Below the pieces are notes generated by a model that did no database searches, was not told the DNA's origin, and saw nothing but the letters and a program-made list of their open reading frames with translations. A program made the translations under genes and the position numbers. A stretch of 64,000 bases of DNA, from NCBI RefSeq assembly GCF_006345805.1, contig NC_043001.1, positions 117,986,001-118,050,000 on the forward strand, in the 5' to 3' direction. Source of the DNA: Octopus sinensis. Taxonomy: Eukaryota. Below are positions 10,177 to 19,508 of this stretch, one piece after another (the first letter of the stretch is position 1; every line of letters starts with the position of its first letter).

Positions 10177-10992
10177 TCCTTATGCATTCTAAAACCGAGT
10201 TATAGATTTTCACGAATGGGGTATCAAAAGATTCAGTACTATTTCGGTAACAAATTAAGCAGGTATGTTCCATACCATTCTTATAAAAATGATAACTCTG
10301 TCCAAATTGGTGTGCTAAACACAAATTGGTGTTTCTGTAGAGCTTTAAAATTTTCAAGTGAAACAAATGGTATGTGCTGCTCAGGTGGTCAGGTAACATT
10401 GCCAGCACTACCAGCTCCTTCTCAACCACTTATGGATCTTCTAGAAGGCACTTCCATCCAGTCAAAGGATTTTCTGAACAATATCAGGTAATACAACTCT
10501 GCATTTCAAATGACATCGTTTGGTGCATCTAAGAAGATAAACACGAGTTTACGCTGACGTCAAAGTTCAAGGGCAAGTCCATCACCTTATTGGTTCCCTG
10601 TGGCCCAGAAATGAACAACCACAGATCCTCCAAATTTACTTTATGAGTGATGTAGGACAACAAACCCGAAGGAGGTATTAAATTTTCCGATGATGGGTCG
10701 TGTTAGACACAGCGTTGACTGCTGCAAAAGAGAGTATATCCACTGACAGCTTTTCTGTGCGTTCAAAACTCACATGACCCCCATCCCAAATTTTCCATGA
10801 AGGGTTAGGGCCTGAAATACTCCAAACGGATGCATAGCATGTTGCTTTGTCGAATTAGCGCAGCATTTACTCCACAAATGTTTTGTTGTCAATGCTTCAC
10901 TTTCCCATATCACCTCTTTCAACATAATCTGTAATATGTTACATACAAACTATGCCATTTTAATCCCGAGCAACGCCGGGTGCCTCTGCTAG
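9584..10992 (+). mobile_element. Non-autonomous Helitron with a remnant of the N-terminal Rep-helicase region
   Basis: 5' A|TCTTATATAAAATCCG; 3' CCCGAGCAACGCCGGG..CTAG|T. Remnant reads CFCRALKFSSETNGMCCSGGQVTLP...SKDFLNNIR*YNSAFQMTSFG. Confidence 0.85.
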
Positions 10993-11130
10993 TAAACTCA
11001 TATAAGCACATATATCCACATGCATTTATATATTAACGATGTACGCAAATACACGACAGGTAAACATAATACTGAAGTACGCATGAAGTAAACACATAAA
11101 GATAAATATAACAAACAACGCAGAGACAAA

Positions 11131-11740
11131 GCATCTTTACCTTTTGACCGACAGATTAAAAAATATTTTTTTGTAACTAAACACTTTCAAACTTCGGACA
11201 CAGGTAGAATGTGTCATATAAAATATCTTTTACTCTTAGCATTTTTGGGAAAAACTTACATTTACGAAATTATTTCACGTTAAAGTAGTCCTATTTCGGT
11301 AATTTCAACCAATCAATGACGTGTATTCAGCTGAATAAAATTACTGCCATTGTTTGTCAACAAAAACTATCGGCGGTGGGTTTTTCCTTTGTCACTGTTA
11401 TTTGTGACATCGTTCGTGCGTTTGTACTGGTTTTAACTTGAGGGTTTTAAGGTTAGGATTTTAGGGTTGTCATAAATAACAGTGACAAACGAAATATACA
11501 CCGCCGGAAGTTCTTGTTGACAAACAACAGCAGTAATTTTATTCAGCTGAATACACGTCATCGATTGGTTGAAATTACCGAAATAGAACAACTTTAACGT
11601 GAAATAACTTCGTAAATATAAGTTTTTCTCAAAAATACTAAGAGTAAAAGACGTTTTATAAGACACATTCTACCAGTATTCGAAGTTTGAAAGTGTTTGG
11701 TTAAAAAAAAATATTTTTCAAATCTGAGACAAAAGAAACA
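11131..11740. mobile_element. Foldback MITE with inverted arms of about 270 bp
   Basis: 11131-11415 is the approximate reverse complement of 11469-11740. Confidence 0.7.
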
Positions 11741-12099
11741 GTAAGATGATACATGTTGATTTTATTAGGTATTTCCATTTATTTAGAAACCTACAATGAA
11801 CAGGTCAGACGCTAAACTCTAAATTCCACAGGGTACAACCTTAAAGTTAACATCGCTCCGCTGAATTATAGCCGATTTTCAGATTTTTTACTGTGTTTTA
11901 AAAAATGCTTACTTTACGAATGAAAAAAACTAGATCCGAAAAAGGTTTTTAACAAGATCCGATGTATCATGGTGAGAGAAACAAATTCATAAATAAGGTG
12001 TTGAATATAGTTTCACTGTGGGAAAAATGTTAAGGTCAATTTAGCTGTTGCTTTTAGCGCATCACTACAATTGGGATCTTTAAAAAAACTCATACCTTT

Positions 12100-12415
12100 T
12101 AGGAGAATGGGTTTTTTTTTCAATGAAATTTTATAGAAATACCTTTCATACGGCATACATTACGATTATAAAGAAATTTCTGGGGAAAATCTTTTCCAAG
12201 GAGGTGGGGAGAGAACATCGGAAAATTTACAAAATCCGAGTTTTTTCTCATAACTTTCAGGAAAATGGGTCTTTTTTTTTTTTTCAATGAAATTTTATAG
12301 AAATATCTCTGCAACGGCATACATTACGATTATAAAGTAATTTGTGGGGAAAATCTTTTCCGAAGGGTGGGGAGAGGACTTTGGAAAATTCACAAGATGC
12401 AAGTCATTCCCTCAT
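12100..12415 (-). repeat. Same satellite in inverted orientation
   Basis: TTTTTCAATGAAATTTTATAGAAATACCTTTCA is the reverse complement of the unit above; present twice. Confidence 0.8.
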
Positions 12416-12439
12416 AATTGTATATATATATATATATAT

Positions 12440-13603
12440 ATGGGATACCTCGAGAAAATACTATACCGGATGACACTCGAGAAATATGGAAACACCTTCG
12501 CCACCTATATCCATAACAACTGGAAAAGATACCTCGATGACTGTTTCATCATCTGGGACAAAGGCATAGAGAAACTTGAGGAATTTAAAATTCTATTAAA
12601 TGGAATAAATGACAATATACAATTCACGATGGACCACAACGAAAAAGAATTACCATTTTTAGACATCCTCATTAAGAAAACCGGCAACAAAATAGAGACA
12701 GATATCTACTATAAACCGACAGACTCTAAACAGTACCTACCCTTTGATTCATGCCACCCACGACACACTAGAATGAATGTCCCTTTTTGTTTAGCTAGAA
12801 GGATTTGCACCATAATATCAGACACAAACACCCGACACACACGTCTCCAGGAACTTAGAACCACACTCACAAATAGAAACTATCCACAGCCCCTAATAGA
12901 CAGTGCAATCCAACGGGTACTTAAATTAAGTATAGAAGACCTGAGACAAACAAAACCAAAAAAGAAAGAACAATTAAAAACCCTTCCCTACATCTCTACA
13001 CACAACCCACTCAACAATGAGGCCTTCAACACCATACTACAAAGCACAGCCCTACTAAAGGGAGACCCAAAGATGAACCGGATCCTCGAAACACACACCA
13101 TCATTAAAAGTAAACGGCAACCAAAATCCTTGAAAAGGATTTTAACCCAAGCTACACTGCACTCAACATCAACCACAAAACCAGCAGTTAGAAAATGTGG
13201 AAGGCCCAACTGCGGAATCTGTGTCATCTTGAAAGAAGGATCAGAATTTATACTGGAACAAGGCCACCAGTTCACCATTAGAACAAACTTCACCTGCGCA
13301 TCAGAAAACTTAATTTACGTCATAACATGCGCAGGCTGCAATAGGCAGTATATAGGCCATACAAAAAATAGCTTACGTAACAGGATGGCGGTGCATAAAT
13401 CACAAATTAGAAACCCTGATTACCGCAAAATACCGGTCAGCGGACACATAGATAGATGTGCTGGAAATGTAAATCCGAAATTTACAACTAACCCGCTCTA
13501 TAAATTCAGTGACAACGCAACCTTCACACAACGCCAAAATAAAGAACTATATTTCATAAAAAAATTTAGACCAAGTTTAAACACCCTGGGCCAGGAATAC
13601 TAA
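12440..13603 (+). CDS. 5'-truncated Penelope-like element ORF: RT C-terminal half, thumb and GIY-YIG endonuclease
   Basis: WKRYLDDCFIIW, LPFLDILI, IYYKPTDSKQYL..SCHP; Zn-knuckle-like CGRPNCGIC; NLIYVITC..C..QYIGHT..LRNRM..H. It begins abruptly after a (TA)n tract, so the track's N-terminus from 12344 is read-through of satellite and microsatellite. Confidence 0.9.
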   Translation: MGYLEKILYRMTLEKYGNTFATYIHNNWKRYLDDCFIIWDKGIEKLEEFKILLNGINDNIQFTMDHNEKELPFLDILIKKTGNKIETDIYYKPTDSKQYLPFDSCHPRHTRMNVPFCLARRICTIISDTNTRHTRLQELRTTLTNRNYPQPLIDSAIQRVLKLSIEDLRQTKPKKKEQLKTLPYISTHNPLNNEAFNTILQSTALLKGDPKMNRILETHTIIKSKRQPKSLKRILTQATLHSTSTTKPAVRKCGRPNCGICVILKEGSEFILEQGHQFTIRTNFTCASENLIYVITCAGCNRQYIGHTKNSLRNRMAVHKSQIRNPDYRKIPVSGHIDRCAGNVNPKFTTNPLYKFSDNATFTQRQNKELYFIKKFRPSLNTLGQEY

Positions 13604-13771
13604 AACAAAAGATAAGTCCTCCGAAAAGGAGAACCAAATTTCACCACGGCCGCTACTTCAAACAGACACTCACTCTGACGGAAATATGCCTTAGTAAAAA
13701 AGGAAAGAAATTCTTTCGTGCAAATCTCACCCTGATACATACGATACAGCTAAGGGTCAGACCCGACTCTG

Positions 13772-14235
13772 ATTGGTCAACAAGTTGATGACGTCTAGCT
13801 CTGCTAGAATGGACAGGATACAAACAGGGGACAGTCATTAGTCAGAATATTGATGACGTCCTTTTCTGCTTGAATAGTCACCTAACAAGTACAGACAGGT
13901 GGCAGATCTAATGTAGCTATAAGTCGTGATTGGGCAGAATCTGGATGACGTCCCGCTCTGCTTGACTAACGAAGCGACTGGTCAAAACAGGAAACAAACA
14001 AGAGGCAGATATAATGCAGCGATTGGTCAAAATAATGATGACGTCCCGTTCTACTTGACTAACGAAGCGACTGGTCAAAACAGGAAACAAACAAGAGGGA
14101 GTTATAATGCAGCGATTGGTCAAAATAATGATGACGTCCCGTTCTACTTGATTAAAGCCACCTAACGAAATGATTGGTCAAAACATTGATGACGTCACGC
14201 TACGCTAGATTGACCACCTAACAGGCATTATAAAA
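13772..14235 (+). promoter_or_regulatory. Six ATTGG-N12-TGACGT composite sites followed by TATAAAA
   Basis: ATTGG/TGACGT pairs at 13772/13789, 13837 (ATTAG)/13854, 13929/13946, 14022/14039, 14115/14132 and 14173/14190 (full TGACGTCA); TATAAAA at 14229-14235. Confidence 0.7.
13961..14146 (+). repeat. 93-bp tandem duplication within the Penelope promoter region
   Basis: CTTGACTAACGAAGCGACTGGTC at 13961 and 14054. Confidence 0.9.
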
Positions 14236-14672
14236 CCGAGCATTTCACAAAAACTCACTAGAACCACCCAGCGAACTTCCACCATGGGTCATCACAATTG
14301 CTTAAGGTAAAAATGAATTCCTCGCTCTTTCGGAACATCAATCTTCTGTATTGACCGCTTTCCACCACTTTGATCTGTTTTTTGTATTGAATACGTATCG
14401 CCACCGTGGGCCACTGCATCGAACACTTTGAACATATACTTCAAACTATATATCAACTATACATGAACTATATATCAACTATACATGAACTCTAAGATGT
14501 CTGACTCCGTTGTGTATTATAAATGAATTTCTTGTGTTTGACGGCATGAGCTGTCTCTTTTTATATATAACTTTTTTTGATAAAGTTCATTTCAGGAACT
14601 GAAACATGTTATAATGTATATATAAAAATTAAAAATTGTATAATACAGCAGCATTTTCGAACTTCATTTTTT

Positions 14673-14719
<47 letters not shown>

Positions 14720-14823
14720 ATATATATACATATATATAAGTATGTGTGTGCGTATCTATCTATCTCTCTCTCTCTCTCGTTGCTGTGTTTTTTTCTGTGT
14801 TTTCTTGTTTGGATTAACTCTCA

Positions 14824-14857
<34 letters not shown>

Positions 14858-16130
14858 TATATATATATTATATATATATATAATATATATATATATAAAG
14901 AGAGAGAGAGAGAGAGAGAAAGTAATAAAGAGTGAATGAGAATAATTGAAAATGAAACAAAATTGAAGCCAAATAACTAAAAATTATAGAAAGTGGGTAG
15001 AAATAAACACTACGTAGTGTAGTAGTACTACGCTAGGGTATGTGTAGAAAGTTGAACGTGATTTCGGAATATAATGAGGAAAAATTCGGATCTTGGGGAT
15101 TTTCCGAAAGTTCGCTACCAACATCAAGATTTTCCCTACAACTTACTTTATAGTTGTAATGAATGCCGTTTCAATAGTATTTCTATAAAATTTCATTGAA
15201 AAAAACCCATTTTCCTAAAACTTGTGAGGGAAAAACTCGGATTTTGTGAATTTTCCGAAGTTCTCTCCCCACCGAGTTGGATAAGATTTTCCACACAAAT
15301 TTCTTTATAATCCCAAAGCATGCCGTTTGAAAGGTATTTCTATAAAATTTCATTGAAAAAACCCCAGTTACCGTATTTTCAGGTGTATAAGCCGCTATTT
15401 TTCTTTTACCGTCAGGTTTTAATAATGCTATTTTTCATCTAATAAAGACTTTTATATTGACGAAATATGTTTGTTGTTGATTATAGTAAGATAAAATCGT
15501 GACAATGACAATACATCTCATAGTTAGAAAATAAGGCATTTTGAAACTACATACACGTCAAAGATCTGTTCAGTTTGGCTCAAACACTGAAGAGATCCAA
15601 TTTCATTGCAAGATATCCATTTTCCTAAAGGTTATGAGGGGGAAAATTCGGATCGTGTGAATTTTCCGAAAGTCCTATTCTCGCCCCCGATTCGTTACTG
15701 CAAATTTTTATTTTCATATTTCATTATTGCACATTTTTTTTTACACCTGTTACACTCGTTTTGATTTCTGTTTTGGTAACCAGTAGTAAAAGTAACGTTA
15801 ACCGATAGAATACCAGGTTTCAAAAAATGAGCCCTGGGATCGATTCATTCGACTAAAAATTCTCCAAGGCGGTACCCCAGCATAGCCACAGGCTAATGAC
15901 TCAAACAAGATACAAGCAAAATATACTGAAATGATCTTAACGAAAGAAGGTGCAGTTACTCGGCTGATTAAAACTAGCAGCCAAATCTTATCCTACCTTT
16001 TCACTTTAACATTTCTGAGAAAATATTACTTTCGTTTTTATTTCCAAGAAGTGCTTACTTTAGATACTATGACCAGCAAAACTTTCCAAGTACAAACAGA
16101 GATTTCGTAGGAAAGTAATCTATGGAGCTG

Positions 16131-16170
16131 TTATAATAAATAGCAGTATTTCACAGGAGATAAATCATTA
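16131..16170 (+). promoter_or_regulatory. Possible TATA/Inr-like core promoter of copy C (equivalent at about 3426-3465 for copy B)
   Basis: TATAATAAATAG about 35 nt before TCATT and about 170 nt upstream of the ATG; weak evidence in an AT-rich background. Confidence 0.25.
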
Positions 16171-16299
16171 ACTGCCTGATGCGTAATGAACTCAATTACA
16201 CTGACTTATTCCCCTTGTTCACAAGAATTTTTACTTTCATTTTGATTTCCGAGAAACAGAATCTTCACAAGTATTACTTTGTCATTACATACGTTCACT

Positions 16300-16947
16300 A
16301 TGTTCATCACACTGTCTCCAAAAGAGATCCGCTACACTCAAGATTCTATTTCTTCATGTTTTCAAAATGGAAACGAAATACAAGATCTTATTTCAGACAT
16401 TATCAAGGGTCAAACCACAATTAATGAAATTCGAACAATCAGAGTTTTCCTTAAAGATGAGAAACATTATAGTGTAGACAATAGGAGACTTTACGTGTTC
16501 AAAGAAGTGCAACGGTTAAAGCAGCCATATTTGAGGATAGGAGTCAAATTAATAGACGAAGCTGATTTTGACGCAGCTAAGTTCACTACAACGAGCGATG
16601 GTTTATATATAAAAGTAAGAAAGGGACCTACAAATAGAGTACCTAAACATACAACTGCGCCGACAAATATATATTCGTTTAGCGCAAGTCCCAGAAGAAC
16701 TACATATGATGAAAGTCCCAGAACTGCATATGAAGCAAGTCCCAGACCTACTTATGAAGCAAGTCCCAGACCTACTTATGAAGCAAGTACCAGAACTACT
16801 TATGCAACTGGATCTAGTTTCTCCAGTAGCTATGGAACGGATAACGTTTACAGACTGGACACTCCAAGAGTTCCGAATATTATACGTAAAGAACCCACAA
16901 AGCCAACACCAGAGAAATCCGATGATTCTTGGTGTGTAATTCTTTAA
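16300..16947 (+). CDS. Copy C: 215-aa protein, coding sequence identical to copy A
   Basis: Same translation as A in the ORF track, and I saw no nucleotide difference in the CDS; AATAAA at 17194-17199. Confidence 0.8.
   Translation: MFITLSPKEIRYTQDSISSCFQNGNEIQDLISDIIKGQTTINEIRTIRVFLKDEKHYSVDNRRLYVFKEVQRLKQPYLRIGVKLIDEADFDAAKFTTTSDGLYIKVRKGPTNRVPKHTTAPTNIYSFSASPRRTTYDESPRTAYEASPRPTYEASPRPTYEASTRTTYATGSSFSSSYGTDNVYRLDTPRVPNIIRKEPTKPTPEKSDDSWCVIL
16699..16794 (+). repeat. 24-bp coding minisatellite, 4 units (copy C)
   Basis: Identical to the block in copy A. Confidence 0.9.
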
Positions 16948-17468
16948 ACAGTCATCCTGATGCTACTGACTCAAAGGAATATCAATTTTAATTTTCTTGA
17001 ATTTTGCTTGTTTTATTTGAGACGAAAATGGAACTTAAATTTAAATCTCTGATACCACGGATGTGAAGTAAGAACCTTCTAGTTTTCTTTACCTTTTTGG
17101 TAAAATTCTACCACCTCAACCCCACATTTTACAACAAAAAAAAAAAGATTTAAAGTTACCGGTTTTCTTTTTACCTTTCATATTTTTACGGATAATAAAA
17201 TACATGCGAAGCAAAATATTCAACAAAACACTTCACAATGTATACAAATGGTATAAATATTGAAAAAGAAAAAAGAAAATATTAGAAATATTGGGATTTT
17301 AATTAAGTTTTCTTTATATATTCAAATTAATCATTTAAACGATTTTACTGGTAAATTATGACAAACGGAATAAAATTTGAACATTATCGAAGGGAAGTCG
17401 TTCTATCCTCAGACACAGGAAAGCAACAATTGACCTTTCATTTATTCTTTTGTCAAGTTATATAAAAC

Positions 17469-17516
<48 letters not shown>

Positions 17517-19278
17517 GTGTGTGTATGTATGTATGTATAAAAGGGACCGAGGTAAAAGAATACGCACACCACCCGTTTACGAAGTAACAAGGACCCTAGC
17601 CCCTAACACTGGTTGTACGTGTCCTTTACTTTCGCCATAAAAGGTTTTTGTTTCATTTAAACAATTTTAAAACGTCTAAATTATAAGTTTATCATTTAAT
17701 AAACCTCCCCACACGCGGCAAAAGAGTTTCAACCTCTCTGTTACCAACGAAAACGATAAGCTTCCTCGATATTATTATTGTGTAACCAGAAGCTTGTTAC
17801 TTTTAAACGTTCTGGGGGGAAAAAAAACTTCCTTTTCTACACACCCATATTTTTCTTTTTCTTTTTGTTAATGTGTACATCTTAACCTTATGGGGTCATT
17901 CATATCGATTCATTTCAAGATGACAACGCCGTTACATAGCAATACTGATTACACCCACAAAGGAATCTAAAAAAAAAGATTTTTTGCGTCGAAGTACCCT
18001 GAACTCCCAATATGCCACAAATCTCCCTTTTTTTATTTTCAGAAACAAAGGGAGGGTAGTGCTGGGGGAGCTTGGAATTACTCCCGAAAGTCCCAGGTCC
18101 ACCACCACATAAACGGCTCCTTTCTACTGAAAATGGAAGATTTGGCTGCTATTTCTAGCACGCGCTGCTACCACGTAACAGCTATTTGCGATAGCAGCAT
18201 GTCCTTTATCGCAAATACCTGTTCAGTGGTAGCAGGACGTGCTAGAAATACCAGCCTAATCGGTTCATAACAACGTTTCACATTGTTTCGCTTTAATTAC
18301 AACTAGGGAGGGGGAGGGGGGTGATCTGCTGTTCCTGTCATTATTAAAGTGTTGCCTAAAAATGCACCTGGTTTTTACCCCTTGATTTGCCTTTTCCCAC
18401 TGGTCAACGGTTTCTGTAGATTGTATTTGTATAATGTCACTTCCTGCTTTTTCTTAAAATACTGCGAAATGTGCTCCACATACAAAGAAGTTACATTTTA
18501 ATTCAAACGAATTAACCAGTTCTTGAATCTTTCAGAAAATTAATAAAAGAAAAGTGGTGCGCTTTCGTATGTGAAAATAATCTTTTGTCACTAAACACTT
18601 TCAAACTTCGGACACGGGTGGAAAGGCGTGATTCAACTGAATAAAATGACTGCCGTCGTTTGTCAACAAGAACTTCCGGCGGTGTATATTTCGTCTGTCA
18701 CTGTTAATGACAACCCTTAACCACCCTTTCCTTACTGTATTTCTGTTGAGATGCTCTCTGTTTCTTTCAATTACTTTAAAAAAACAAAGAATTTAGTAAA
18801 GTAACTTAGTTATCATTCAGCTGGTTTTAGGAATATAGATTGTGACTAAGGATTGGTGGAAGATTTTAATTCAAAACTTATGAAAACAAGACATTTGTAC
18901 TCAGAGCCACAGCCGGTTTCAGCCGGGTTGGTCACGAAAGGGTTAAAACTAGTACAAACGCACGATATGTCATAAATAGCAATTACAAACGAAAAACCCA
19001 CCGCCATAGTTTTTGTTGACAAACAACAGCAGTAATTTTATTCAGCTGAATACACGTCATTGATTGGTTGAAATTACCGAAATACGAAAACTTTGAGACG
19101 TGAAATAACTTCGTAAATAGGTTTTTCACAAAAATGCTAAGAGTAAAAGATATTTCATATGACACATTCTACCAGTGTCCGAAGTTTGAAACTGTTTAGT
19201 TACAAAAGATTATTTTTTAAATCTGTCGGTCAAAAGGTAAAGATCCGCAACCAGTTGCTCAGACAGCCGGCACATACC

Positions 19279-19508
19279 TATTTCTTTACTACCCACAAGG
19301 GGCTAAACACAGAGGGGACAAACAAGGACAGACGTAGGTATTAAGTCGATTACATCGACCCCAGTGCGTAACTGGTACATAATATATCGACCCCGAAAGG
19401 ATGAAGGTAAAGTCGACATGGGCGGAATTTGAACTCACAACGTAACGGCAGACGAAATACCGCTAAGCATTTCGCCCGGCGTGCTAACGGTTCTGCCAGC
19501 TCGCCGCC
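19279..19508 (-). mobile_element. Same SINE insertion in the copy C flank
   Basis: Same TSD and same position in the duplicated segment. Confidence 0.85.

Larger units (their letters stand above)
12440..14680 (+). mobile_element. Penelope-like retroelement with a 3' pseudo-LTR-like region, bounded by (TA)n tracts
   Basis: ORF above followed by about 1 kb of non-coding tail; the right boundary is approximate. Confidence 0.7.

Noticed and set aside
12344-12439. N-terminal extension of the 419-aa ORF
   Set aside because: Read-through of satellite and (TA)n sequence, not part of the Penelope protein.
13604-14680. Hammerhead ribozyme expected in the Penelope 3' region
   Set aside because: I found no CTGANGA...GAAA core with plausible stems by eye.
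15096-15105. Consensus NF-kB site GGGATTTTCC, and ISRE-like ACTTTCGTTTT near 16025, upstream of copy C
   Set aside because: The first is a chance variant of a satellite unit and the second is imperfect; there is not enough support in AT-rich DNA.
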